Positions 18,991 through 28,489 of a stretch of DNA of 64,000 nucleotides are shown here, piece by piece. The stretch covers positions 4,480,001-4,544,000 of the forward strand of contig JBKAGP010000001.1 in the NCBI GenBank assembly GCA_046290465.1. Reading direction: 5' to 3'. This DNA comes from Planctomycetota bacterium. GTDB taxonomy: Bacteria > Planctomycetota > UBA1135 > UBA2386. Positions within the stretch are counted from its first letter, which is position 1, and every line of letters starts with the position of its first letter. The translations under genes were made by a program, and so were the position numbers. The notes under the pieces were generated by a model. That model saw only the letters and a program-made list of their open reading frames with translations, was not told the origin of the DNA and did no database searches.

Positions 18991-19401
18991 ATGGTCTTCC
19001 TGCGAATCGACCCCAACGACCCGGTGCCGCTCGGCGCCCAGATCGTGCGCGGCATCCGCCTGGCCGTCGGCCAGGGACGGATCGCGCCCGGGGAACGGCT
19101 GCCGTCGGCGCGGGAGCTGGCGGCAACCCTGCAGGTCAACTTCCACACGGTGCGCAAGGCGTATGGCGAGCTCGAGGCCGACGGGGTGCTCGAGTTCCAG
19201 CGGGGGCGCGGAACGTTCGTCTCGGCGACCGCCCGGCGGCTGCGCGCGACCGACCTGCAGAAGCTCGTTCGCGGGCACGTGCAGCGGCTGGTCGAGGATC
19301 TCGCCGGCGGCGACGTCGACTACGACGCGCTCGCCGAGACGGTCGCCGAGGAGCTGCGCAAGGCCATGAAGCAACGCAAGAACGAAGGACGGACGCAATG
19401 A
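18991..19401 (+). CDS. GntR family regulator, YtrA subfamily
   Basis: PGERLPSARELA..VNFHTVRKAY..RGRGTFV; short C-terminus; precedes an ABC ATPase. Confidence 0.93.
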   Translation: MVFLRIDPNDPVPLGAQIVRGIRLAVGQGRIAPGERLPSARELAATLQVNFHTVRKAYGELEADGVLEFQRGRGTFVSATARRLRATDLQKLVRGHVQRLVEDLAGGDVDYDALAETVAEELRKAMKQRKNEGRTQ

Positions 19402-20300
19402 CTGCCAACACCTCCATCGATGCTTCGGCCGACGCGGTCGTGATCCGCGGACTGACCAAGCGCTACGGCTCCGACGCCGACTTCGCGGTCGACGGGCTCG
19501 ATCTGACCGTGCCGCGCGGCGCGGTCTTCGGCCTGGTCGGCGGCAACGGCTCGGGCAAGACCACGACGCTGCGCACGTTGCTCGGCCTGGTGCGCCAGGA
19601 CGGCGGCGAGGCGACGGTGTTCGGCGAGGACTCGCGCCGCCTGAGCAAGGCGGTGCGGCAGCGCATCGGCTACCTGTCGGAGAACGAGTTCCCCTACGAC
19701 GACATCGCGATCGTCGACGCGCTGCGGTTCGTGCGCGGCTTCTTCGACGCGTGGGACTGGGACTGGGTCGACCACCTGGTCGAACGGCTCGGCGTCGACC
19801 GGCGCAAGCGACTCGACGGCCTGAGCAAGGGCCAGCGCCGCCTCGCCGAGGTGCTGCTCGCGGTGGCGCCGTCGCCCGACCTGCTGGTGCTGGACGATCC
19901 GGCGATCGGCCTCGACCCGTCGGTGCGCCGCTCGGTGCTGTGGACGCTGCTCGAGACCGTGCAGGAGCGCGGCACCACCGTGCTGTTCAGTTCGCACATC
20001 CTGCAGGACGTCGAGCGCGTGGTCGACCACGTCGGCATCCTGCAGAACGGCCGCATGCGCATCGCCGGCGAGATCGACGACGTCAAGGAACGGGTCCGCC
20101 GCATCGTGCTGCCAAAGCATGCGGCGCCGACGCAGATCGACGGCGAGCTGTGCCGCGAGGAGCTCGGCAGCGAGGTCGCGATCGTGACCGGCAGCTGGAC
20201 CGAGGCGCTCGCCGCGCGCTATGCCGACGCCACCGCGATCGACCGACTCAACCTCGAAGAGATGTTCCTGTCGCTCGCGGGTGAGGAGGTGTCGTCGTGA
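19398..20300 (+). CDS. ABC transporter ATP-binding protein
   Basis: GGNGSGKT, LSKGQ, LVLDDP (D in place of the catalytic E), SSH. Confidence 0.93.
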   Translation: MTANTSIDASADAVVIRGLTKRYGSDADFAVDGLDLTVPRGAVFGLVGGNGSGKTTTLRTLLGLVRQDGGEATVFGEDSRRLSKAVRQRIGYLSENEFPYDDIAIVDALRFVRGFFDAWDWDWVDHLVERLGVDRRKRLDGLSKGQRRLAEVLLAVAPSPDLLVLDDPAIGLDPSVRRSVLWTLLETVQERGTTVLFSSHILQDVERVVDHVGILQNGRMRIAGEIDDVKERVRRIVLPKHAAPTQIDGELCREELGSEVAIVTGSWTEALAARYADATAIDRLNLEEMFLSLAGEEVSS

Positions 20301-21628
20301 GCTGGGCGATCTGGACGGCCGACGCGCGCCGCCTCGGCGAGGTCGACCGCGCGCATCGACAGGCCCGGGAAGGGCGCGCCTTCGGTCGCGAGCTGGTGCC
20401 CGTGGGCCGGATCTCGCGCTTCCTGACCGTGTGCTTCGCGGTGGCGATCGGGTCCTTGATGTTGATGCCGGTCGACTCCGACGTGCCGGTCAACGTCGTC
20501 GTGATCACCGGCTTGATGCTGGCGTCGTTCGCGCCGTTCGCCGGCAGCTGGCTCAAGCTGACCGAGTTCGAACGGCTGCACGCGCCGCCCGCCGGTCTGC
20601 TGCTGCTGCGCCTTTTCCGCCTGTCGCCGTACCTGGTGCTGATCGGGGCGATCTGGGCCGCCATGCTGTTCACCGCCAGCGACAACGGCTGGGCGATCGC
20701 GGCGATCGGCTTGATGCCGCTGGTGATGAGCATGGCCAACATGCTGCGCGCAGAGTTCGCCGGCTACGCGATGCGCGTCGCAATCACCGCGACGTTCGTG
20801 CTCGGCTGGATGCAGGTCGTCGCCTGGCTGCCGATCGTGACGCTGGCGCTCGACGTCGCGGTCGTCCTGTGGTTCGTGCGGGACCTCGGGATCTACGATC
20901 GGCGCGGCTTCGCGATCCAACGCGAGGTCGGCGACGCGCGCGACGAGACGTTCGAGGAGCTGCTGGCTACCCGCCCCCTGCCCGACGTGCGGGCGTCGAC
21001 CCGGCGCTCCCTGTTCGCCAGTGCGGCGTTCTACGTGCGCGCCACGCAGTGGGGCTGGTTCGGCTATGCGATGCGGCGGCCGCTGGTGTCGACGGTGTCG
21101 CTGATGGTCCCGCTGGCGTTCTGGCTGCTGCCGATCTGGGCGGGGGTGCTGGCGGTGTGGCAGTCGGCCGAGGGGGTCGCCGCAATCTACGCGGTGCTGG
21201 CGGTCGCGCTGTCGATGTCGGTGATCTCGCTGGAGCCGAACGAACAGCTGTTCCTGTGGGGGTGTGACCTGCGCCAGGTCGAACGGCACAACATCGTCGC
21301 ACGGCTGCTGTGCGTCGCGCTGCCATCAGTCGCCGCCGGATCGATTGCGGTCTGGCTGATCGGTGCGGGCGACGTGCGTTGGATCGCCGTGGCGCTGCTG
21401 CTCGGCCTGCATCTCGCGCGCATCGGCATCACCGCGTTCAACCTGCTGACGCGCATCGTGCTGGTGGTCGCGTTCGCGGTTGCGCTGGTGGCCTGCGGCG
21501 CCGGCACCGCGATGGATCCCACAGCGGCGCAGTGGACGGGACTCGGGTTCGCGACGTTCGGCCTGGTCGGCATCGCCATCCGCGCGTTCCGCGACGAGCA
21601 GGCGCTGCGCGAGCATGCGTTCGCCTGA
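20297..21628 (+). CDS. Polytopic membrane protein, putative ABC permease
   Basis: Many TM segments; GTGA overlap with the ATPase gene. Confidence 0.7.
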   Translation: MSWAIWTADARRLGEVDRAHRQAREGRAFGRELVPVGRISRFLTVCFAVAIGSLMLMPVDSDVPVNVVVITGLMLASFAPFAGSWLKLTEFERLHAPPAGLLLLRLFRLSPYLVLIGAIWAAMLFTASDNGWAIAAIGLMPLVMSMANMLRAEFAGYAMRVAITATFVLGWMQVVAWLPIVTLALDVAVVLWFVRDLGIYDRRGFAIQREVGDARDETFEELLATRPLPDVRASTRRSLFASAAFYVRATQWGWFGYAMRRPLVSTVSLMVPLAFWLLPIWAGVLAVWQSAEGVAAIYAVLAVALSMSVISLEPNEQLFLWGCDLRQVERHNIVARLLCVALPSVAAGSIAVWLIGAGDVRWIAVALLLGLHLARIGITAFNLLTRIVLVVAFAVALVACGAGTAMDPTAAQWTGLGFATFGLVGIAIRAFRDEQALREHAFA

Positions 21629-21824
21629 TCGCGGAGCGGGGCCCCTGATCGCGGAACGGGGCCGATGCCGTCCGCCAGCGCGATCGGCCGATGCGATCCG
21701 CCGGTGACACCGGCCCGTTGCATGCAGGCGAGGCCCATCGCACGGGGTGCCGCCCACCGAAAGCGTGCAACAAATCTCGGCCCGGCTGTCCGCCGCGCTC
21801 GCTTGCCGACACTGTGCAGGCGTC

Positions 21825-24194
21825 ATGCCCGCACCTCGTCCGCACCCGACCCGTCCGACCGCCGCCCAGCTGCTGCCGGCCCTCGCCGCCCTGTGGCTCG
21901 CCGCCACCGGCCAGTCCCAGGAGCGACCCCAATCGCCGGAGCTGCAGCTCGCGGCGCGCGTGCCGATCCACTCGGCGCCCGCGGACGAGGGGGTCGCGTA
22001 CGGCACCTGGGGCGCGGGGCGGGACTACAAGGCGTCGTTCCACGACGGCATGACGTTCGTGCCCTACCTCGGCCGCAGCTACCCGGTCAGCCGGCCGGTC
22101 TCCTGGCGGACGACGTCGGTGACGGTCGGCAGCGTGACGTTGGTCGGTGCCGGCGAGGTCGCAGAGCAGCGGAGCCTCCCGTATCGCCATGAATACCGCT
22201 TCGCGGCGGGCGTGACCGAAGCCTACGACGTGCGCGAGGACGGTCTCGAGCAGACCTTCGTCGTCGAGCAGCTGCCGGCTGCCGGAGACCTGGTCGTTTG
22301 CGGCCGGATCACGTCGTCGCTGCGCGCGGCGAACGTGCGTGCGGCACACCAGCAGCTGCGGTTCGTCGACGACGAAGGTCGCGCGATCGTCGGCTATGGC
22401 GAAGCGATCGCATTCGATGCGGCGGGTCGACGCCTGGCGATCCCGACCTCCTGCCAGGACGGCGTCGTGTCGCTGCGGGTCGCCGGAGCGTGGCTCGAGT
22501 CGGCGGTGATGCCGGTCGTCGTCGACCCGCTGTTCTTCCCCTACTTCCTCGGCGGGTCCGGCGGCTCGCAGGAACTGACGTCGCTCGACGTCGCGAGCGA
22601 GGCGGAGAACGCCGTGCGGGACACGATGGTGGTCTACTCGCGTGCGGTCTCGGCGACCGACGACGACCTGTTCGCCCAGCTGCACTCGTCCCTCGGGGCG
22701 AGCGAGACGCTGGTGTTCTCCGACCTCAGCGCCAACTGGAGTTCGGACTCCGGCTCGGCGGCGTTCGTCGGCGGCGCCGACCGCTGGGTGGTCGCGTTCC
22801 GGCGCCTGTTCGCGAGTGGCGCGAGCCGGATCCGCTGCCGCGCGCACGACGCCGGGTCGGCGACCTTCGGCACCGCGATCGCGGGGGTGCTGCCGCAGTC
22901 CAACGACTACAACCAGTGGCGGCCGCGCGTCGGCGGCGTGCGCTCCGGGTGGTCGGGCGAGCACGCGCTGGTGGTGTTCCAGCAGGAGGACAACGCGCAG
23001 CAGGGCGGGGTGATGACCAACACCGCGCGCAGCACCGTGCAGGGGGTGACGTTCGACGCGACGCAGCCCAACGGCGCGTTCGGCGGCACGTTCGCGATCG
23101 GCGGCTCGCTGTTGTCCGACTACGAACGTCCGCACGTCAACCGCGTCGCCGAGGGCGACGACCTGGCGCCGTATCCGTTCGTGTGTGCGATGCAGGTGCA
23201 CAGCCCGCCGCTGCTCGGCGGCTCCGACGACTGGGACGTGATCTGTCGCCTGGTCGACACCGGCGGTGCCGTCGCGGGCAGTTCGTTCGCGACCGACCTG
23301 GGCGCGGCCAACGACCGCCACCAGATGGGGCCGATGGTCGCCGGCACCGGCGGTCGGTATGCGGTCGCGTTCTCGACGTTGTCGACGTCGTGGCCGATCG
23401 CCAAGCCGAGCGAGGTCGAGGGCACCGAACTGTGGCTGCAGCGGTTCGACTGGGATGCCGGCGCCGCGGCGCCGAGCGGCAGCCAGCCGTCCCACCAGCT
23501 CGACGTCGAGACGCTGCCGGCGCTGCGCCTCGGCGGCGTCGCGCACCAACGCGCCGACCGTTCGCGGTGGCTGGCCGTCTGGCGGCAGGAGGACGCCAAT
23601 CGGCAGCGCGCGCGCTGCGAACTCGTCGGCTACACCGGGCAGACGATCGACGAAGCCACCATCGAGAACCTGCCGCCGGCAAGCTACTTCTACGTCGGTG
23701 CGCCGGCGGTCTGCTTCGACGACGAGGGCGAGCAGTTCCACATCGTGCTGACGACGGACCAGTGGACGCAGCAGTATGCGCGGCCGTTGATCGGCACCCA
23801 GTACTACGACGTGCCGGTGACGCCGTGGAGCGCGACCGGCAACGGCTGCGCCGGGGCGACGATCGGCTGGTCCGGTCCGCAGCGCATCGGCACCGAGTTC
23901 TCCGGCGTCGAGGTCGCCAACGCGGGCGCCCTCACGGCGCACTTCGTGCTGGTCTCGCTGGCGCCGACCTCGTTCCCGGTCGTGCTCGGCGGCGTCGGTG
24001 CGGGTTGTGAGCTGTTGGTCGATCCGGGCGCGTCGTACGTCGGCATGATGCCGGTGCAGCTCGGCGCGGCGCCGTTCTGGCCGTTTGCGCTGCCCGAGTG
24101 GCTGCCCAACGCGACGCTCTACTTCCAGGACTGGATCCTCGAGAACGACGAGTTCCGCAGCACGCAGAGGCTCGAGGTGCCGATCGGGCGGTAG
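21825..24194 (+). CDS. Large secreted protein with conserved C-terminal domain
   Basis: Signal-like segment; N-domain ..EAYDVREDGLEQTF..YGEAIAFDAAG..VVVDP; C-terminal GNGC..CELLVDP..LYFQDW..STQRL. Confidence 0.75.
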   Translation: MPAPRPHPTRPTAAQLLPALAALWLAATGQSQERPQSPELQLAARVPIHSAPADEGVAYGTWGAGRDYKASFHDGMTFVPYLGRSYPVSRPVSWRTTSVTVGSVTLVGAGEVAEQRSLPYRHEYRFAAGVTEAYDVREDGLEQTFVVEQLPAAGDLVVCGRITSSLRAANVRAAHQQLRFVDDEGRAIVGYGEAIAFDAAGRRLAIPTSCQDGVVSLRVAGAWLESAVMPVVVDPLFFPYFLGGSGGSQELTSLDVASEAENAVRDTMVVYSRAVSATDDDLFAQLHSSLGASETLVFSDLSANWSSDSGSAAFVGGADRWVVAFRRLFASGASRIRCRAHDAGSATFGTAIAGVLPQSNDYNQWRPRVGGVRSGWSGEHALVVFQQEDNAQQGGVMTNTARSTVQGVTFDATQPNGAFGGTFAIGGSLLSDYERPHVNRVAEGDDLAPYPFVCAMQVHSPPLLGGSDDWDVICRLVDTGGAVAGSSFATDLGAANDRHQMGPMVAGTGGRYAVAFSTLSTSWPIAKPSEVEGTELWLQRFDWDAGAAAPSGSQPSHQLDVETLPALRLGGVAHQRADRSRWLAVWRQEDANRQRARCELVGYTGQTIDEATIENLPPASYFYVGAPAVCFDDEGEQFHIVLTTDQWTQQYARPLIGTQYYDVPVTPWSATGNGCAGATIGWSGPQRIGTEFSGVEVANAGALTAHFVLVSLAPTSFPVVLGGVGAGCELLVDPGASYVGMMPVQLGAAPFWPFALPEWLPNATLYFQDWILENDEFRSTQRLEVPIGR

Positions 24195-24265
24195 CTGCGC
24201 CGCCGGCGGCCGATACGTGCCGCGCGGCCCTGCCTTTGCGGTGCGTCGCGGCTATCGTTCGGGCC

Positions 24266-25024
24266 ATGCCCGCCTCGCCCTCGTCGCGCGCGAACCAGAA
24301 GATCGACCGAGCCTTCCGCTGGCGCGGCGAAGGCGTCTCGCGCCTCGAAGGGTTGACCGACGCGGTGTTCGCGATCGTGCTGGCGCTGCTGTTCCTGCGC
24401 AGCGAGCCGCCGGACAACTTCGCGGACCTGTTCACGGCGATGAAGTCGCTGGTGCCGTTCGCCGCGATGTTCGCGATCATCGCCTACGTGTGGATCGAGT
24501 CGTGGCTGTTCTCACGGCGGTTCGCGCTGCGGGACGGCTGGGCGATGTTCCTGCAGCTGTTGCTGTTGTTCCTGCTGCTGTTCTACGCCTACCCGCTCAA
24601 GTTCCTGTTCACGTTCCTGTCGGTCCTGCTGTTCGGGCCGATCGGCGACGTGACCCTGCACAGCATCTGGGTGGGGGCGGGGCCCGATGCGATGCAGACG
24701 CTGTTCGTCATCTACGGCATCGGCTACGGCTCGATCTTCGGTCTGCTCGCGCTGATGTACCACCGCGCGGCGAAGCTGCACGAACGTCTCGAGCTCAGCG
24801 AGGTCGAGCTCTACATCACGCGCGGCGCGATGCGCCAGAACCTGCTGCAGGTCGGCTTCGCCGCCTGTTCGGTCGCCTTCGCCGTGGCCGGCATCGGCAT
24901 CGGCATCGGCGTCGGCGGGCCAGGCTGGGTCTACGCGTGCATCGGGCCGGTGATGGCGTGGCACGGGGTGCGTCAGGGCCGCGGCGTCGAACGGCTGCAA
25001 AAGCTGGCGGGTCCCGAGGCCTGA
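24266..25024 (+). CDS. TMEM175/DUF1211 family membrane protein (K+ channel-like)
   Basis: SRLEGLTDAVFAIVLALL signature; six TM segments. Confidence 0.85.
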   Translation: MPASPSSRANQKIDRAFRWRGEGVSRLEGLTDAVFAIVLALLFLRSEPPDNFADLFTAMKSLVPFAAMFAIIAYVWIESWLFSRRFALRDGWAMFLQLLLLFLLLFYAYPLKFLFTFLSVLLFGPIGDVTLHSIWVGAGPDAMQTLFVIYGIGYGSIFGLLALMYHRAAKLHERLELSEVELYITRGAMRQNLLQVGFAACSVAFAVAGIGIGIGVGGPGWVYACIGPVMAWHGVRQGRGVERLQKLAGPEA

Positions 25025-25132
25025 TCGCGCCTTGGAGGTGGTCCCAGCTTTCTCTGGGGCGGATACTTCGATGGAAACCCCGAAGCTCGCTCGCCGGGCT
25101 CGGCCTCACACCTCTCTCTTCAGGAGCCTCAG

Positions 25133-25978
25133 ATGCGTTCTCGTTGGTTGCCGTTCCTGGCAGTTGCGACTCTCGGCATGACGGCTTGCGACAGCAAGAC
25201 GACGTCGGCCTTCGACCCTTCGATCCAGCCGCAGATCGATGTGATCACCGACTGCTTCCCCAACCTGTGGGCGTTCGTGGACGGCGTGATCCGCATCTCG
25301 GATACCTGGAAGCTCGAGGGGGACAACAACCCGCCGGACCCGGCCGAGCTGAGCTGGAGCTTCACCGGGATGGACATCACGGCCAACCTGACCGTCGGCT
25401 CGTCGACCGTGACGATGGTGATCAGTGCCTACGGTCCCAACGGTGCGGCCGAGCAGCGCAACTGCCAGACGCTGGCCGATGCCGGTGCGATCCAGCCGGA
25501 CGACGCGCTGAGCGAGGCCATCGACAACATCGCGACGCAGCTGCGCAACGAGTTCGGCACGGCCAACCCGTTCTTGCACGGCGTCTGGTCGATCAGCGGC
25601 GGCGGCGTGTCGGCGACCGCCGAAGGCCTGCTCGGCATCATCGGCGGCGCGACCAACGCCAACGAACTCGAGGAGGTGCGCACCGTCGATGCCACCGTCA
25701 CGACCGGCGCGCCGGCCGTCGACCCGAGCACGATCGCGGACACCAGCTCGAGCCCGAACTGCACGATCACGTTCGACACCAGCGGCCTGATCACGGACGA
25801 GGAGCCGGGGCAGGAGTACCCGCGCGGCACGATCAACCTGACCATCAGCGACGGCACCACCAACGTCAACGCGACGATGACGTTCGACAAGTCGAACACC
25901 GCGCGGATCGAGATCTCGGGCATCTCGGGCGCCTTCCTCCTCAACCTCGACACCTTCGCGGTGACCGGCTCCTTCTGA
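25133..25978 (+). CDS. Hypothetical lipoprotein
   Basis: RBS AGGAG; lipobox MTAC; EYPRGTINLTI motif. Confidence 0.75.
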   Translation: MRSRWLPFLAVATLGMTACDSKTTSAFDPSIQPQIDVITDCFPNLWAFVDGVIRISDTWKLEGDNNPPDPAELSWSFTGMDITANLTVGSSTVTMVISAYGPNGAAEQRNCQTLADAGAIQPDDALSEAIDNIATQLRNEFGTANPFLHGVWSISGGGVSATAEGLLGIIGGATNANELEEVRTVDATVTTGAPAVDPSTIADTSSSPNCTITFDTSGLITDEEPGQEYPRGTINLTISDGTTNVNATMTFDKSNTARIEISGISGAFLLNLDTFAVTGSF

Positions 25979-25982
25979 TTCC

Positions 25983-26744
25983 ATGCGCAAGATCCTCCTC
26001 TCTCTCGTGCTGCTCCCGTTCGTCGCGACGCTGCCCGCCTGCTTCGGGTTCGGGGCGCAGGCCCAGGTCGGCTACGCCCAGCTCGCGCTCGACGGTGACA
26101 TCGGCTACGTCAACGGCACGTCGTCGGGCAGCATCCAGCAGGACATCGAGTCCGGCTTCGGCCTCGGCGACGACCAGGGCAGCCCGTACGCGCGCGCCAA
26201 GCTCGACTTCGGCGTGCCCAACCTGTCGATCTCGGTGTTCAACTTCGAGGACGACGGCGAAGGCACGCTGAACGCGACGTTCGGTAACGTGCCGGCCGGC
26301 ATCCCGGTGCGTTCGGACTTCGAGCTGTTCAACGCCAAGGCCGCCTACGCGTTCGAGATCGGCATCGGTCCGGTCAGCATCTCGCCCGGCATCGCGGTCG
26401 ACTACTTCGACCTGGCGATCGACGTGCGCGACGCGTTCGGCATCTCCAGCGAGAACGTCGAGCTCAACGGTCCGCTGCCGCTGGCGTTCCTGCGCGGTGA
26501 GGTCGACCTCGGCATCGTCAGCGCGGTCGTCGAGGGCGGCTACATCACCGCGGACATCGACGACGTCGAGGGTGAGGTGCTCGACCTCGAGGCGCAGCTG
26601 GTGCTGCACCCGACCGACCTGATCGAGATCTTCGTCGGCTACCGTTCGCTCGAGCTCGAGCTGGACGGCGAGATCGACGGCGACTCGTTCGACACCGACA
26701 TCCAGATCTCCGGCTTCATGGTCGGCGGCGGCATCCGCTTCTAC
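25983..26744 (+). CDS. Outer-membrane beta-barrel protein; expected stop after ..GGGIRF is TAC
   Basis: Amphipathic beta-strands, VGYRSLEL, terminal GFMVGGGIRF beta-signal; beyond this the ORF is antisense to the SDR gene. Confidence 0.7.
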
Positions 26745-26774
26745 GGGACGCCGCGCTCGCTGGCGGCTCCGGCG

Positions 26775-27542
26775 CTATTGCGCCGTGAAGCCGCCGTCGA
26801 CGGCCACCGTCTGGCCGGTCACGAAGGCGCTCTGTGGCGAGCTGAGCCAGACCACCGGGTCGGCGATCTCGTCCGCCTTGCCCAGGCGCCCCATCGGGTG
26901 CAGCGACACCATCATCTCGCGCGGGACGTCCTCGGCGAAGCGGTCGAGCATGCCGGTCTCGATCGCGCCCGGCGCGACCGCGTTGGCGCGGATGCCCTGC
27001 TGCGCGTATTCGAGCGCCGCGTTCTTGGTCAGGCCGATCACCGCGTGCTTGCTGGCCACGTAGGTCGCAGCGGTCGGGAAGCCGATCACGCCGGCGATCG
27101 ATGCGTTGTTGACGATCACGCCGCCGCCGTTCTTGAGCATCGCCGGGATCTCGTGCTTCATGCTCAGGTAGACGCCCTTGACGTTGACCGACCAGATCTG
27201 GTCGAAGTCGTCGTCGTCCTGGTCGGCGAGCGGCGCGCGCACGCGGCCCTCGGTGCCGGCGTTGTTGAACGCGATGTCGAGGCGGCCGTAGGTCTCGACG
27301 GTCTTGGCGACCAGCTTCTCGATGTCGGTTGGCACGCTGACGTCCGCCTGCACGAACGTTCCTTCGCCGCCGGCCTTGCGGATCAGCTCGACGGTCTCGA
27401 GGCCTTCCTTCTCGCGGCGTCCGGAGACGACGACCTTGGCGCCGGCCTTGGCGTAGGCGATCGCGGTGGCGCGGCCGATGCCGCTGGTGCCCCCGGTGAC
27501 GAGGGCGATCTTGTCCTGCAGGTTCTTGGGTTGGGTGCTCAT
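26775..27542 (-). CDS. Short-chain dehydrogenase/reductase
   Basis: TGGTSGIG, NNAG, YVASK, VDGG. Confidence 0.95.
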   Translation of the reverse strand: MSTQPKNLQDKIALVTGGTSGIGRATAIAYAKAGAKVVVSGRREKEGLETVELIRKAGGEGTFVQADVSVPTDIEKLVAKTVETYGRLDIAFNNAGTEGRVRAPLADQDDDDFDQIWSVNVKGVYLSMKHEIPAMLKNGGGVIVNNASIAGVIGFPTAATYVASKHAVIGLTKNAALEYAQQGIRANAVAPGAIETGMLDRFAEDVPREMMVSLHPMGRLGKADEIADPVVWLSSPQSAFVTGQTVAVDGGFTAQ

Positions 27543-27566
27543 CTCTTGCGGTCCTTCTCTCTGTAG

Positions 27567-27582
27567 TGGAACGAACGTTCCA
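27567..27582. promoter_or_regulatory. Putative TetR operator upstream of SDR
   Basis: Perfect palindrome TGGAACG-AA-CGTTCCA; second copy upstream of tetR. Confidence 0.8.
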
Positions 27583-27629
27583 GAATGGTTGATGGTGAGG
27601 GTTGGGTGGTCGGTTGGTGTGTGGCTTGC

Positions 27630-28211
27630 TCAGCGCAGGGCGGCGACGCCGCGGTCGACGAGGGCCTGCATGCGCTCGGCGGGCAGGCGCTGCTTGCCGA
27701 GCACGTTCATCGCGAGGATCAGGCCGTTGACGAACGTCGCCAGCTCGTCGGCGTCGGCATCTGCGTCGATCTGCTCGAGCTTCTGCGCGCGGCGAATGGT
27801 GTCCGCGAGCAGCTCTTCGACATGGTCGGTGTGCCGACGCAGCAGCTTCTGCACGTCGCGGTCCTCGGGCGCGACCTCGACGGCCGCGTTGACGCAGAAA
27901 CAGCCCTTCTTACCGCCGCGTCCGGACGTTCGTGCGGCGACCTCCTCGAGCAGGTCGACCAGCGCCTGGCGCGGGCTCTCGCCGGTTGCGAGGTTGCGCG
28001 CGAGGTCCTCGACGCCGCGCCGCTGGTAGCTCTCGAGGGCGCGCATGTAGAGGCTGTGCTTGTCGCCGAACGTTCCGTAGAGGCTGGCGCGCTGGATCCC
28101 CATCGCATCGACGAGATCCTGCATCGACGTCGCCTCGTAGCCCTTCTGCCAGAACACGCCGAGGGCGCGCTCCAGGGCCTGGTCGACATCGAACTCCTTG
28201 GGACGGGGCAC
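27630..28211 (-). CDS. TetR/AcrR family regulator (NemR/ComR-like)
   Basis: VPRPKEFD..FWQKGYEATS..SLYGTFGDK..GCFCVN. Confidence 0.93.
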   Translation of the reverse strand: MPRPKEFDVDQALERALGVFWQKGYEATSMQDLVDAMGIQRASLYGTFGDKHSLYMRALESYQRRGVEDLARNLATGESPRQALVDLLEEVAARTSGRGGKKGCFCVNAAVEVAPEDRDVQKLLRRHTDHVEELLADTIRRAQKLEQIDADADADELATFVNGLILAMNVLGKQRLPAERMQALVDRGVAALR

Positions 28212-28218
28212 GCGCCTA

Positions 28219-28240
28219 TTCTGGAACGAGCGATCCAGAA
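28219..28240. promoter_or_regulatory. Putative TetR autoregulatory operator
   Basis: TTCTGGAACG-AG-CGATCCAGAA, matching the 27567 site. Confidence 0.8.
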
Positions 28241-28391
28241 TGGCAACCCGCTTTTTCGGGCAGCGGTCCGGGAGCGGCGTCGCCGCAGGCTCGCCCGCGT
28301 CCGTCCGCCCTGGCTGCGGTGCGTCGGCGACCTCGCCGCCACCGCCGCTGCCGGTCCGCAAGTCCTGCCGGAACCGGCCTTACGGACCGGG

Positions 28392-28410
28392 GCTTGACGG
28401 GTTTTTGACA
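28392..28410 (+). promoter_or_regulatory. Putative OmpR-family direct-repeat box
   Basis: GCTTGAC-N5-TTTGACA, 11-bp period; same motif at 30934. Confidence 0.6.
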
Positions 28411-28489
28411 GGGTGGTGGTGGGGGCGACTCGGTTCTGGGGATCGAACCTCGAGGTGGCAGGAATCGGGCGCGTTGGCAGGCGGCGCTG

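Noticed and set aside
21624..21663. 20-bp tandem duplication at the permease stop
   Set aside because: Only two copies; consistent with local slippage and no evident function.
25025..25132. Structured leader or riboswitch upstream of the lipoprotein
   Set aside because: Only short hairpins, with no match to a riboswitch consensus I can support.
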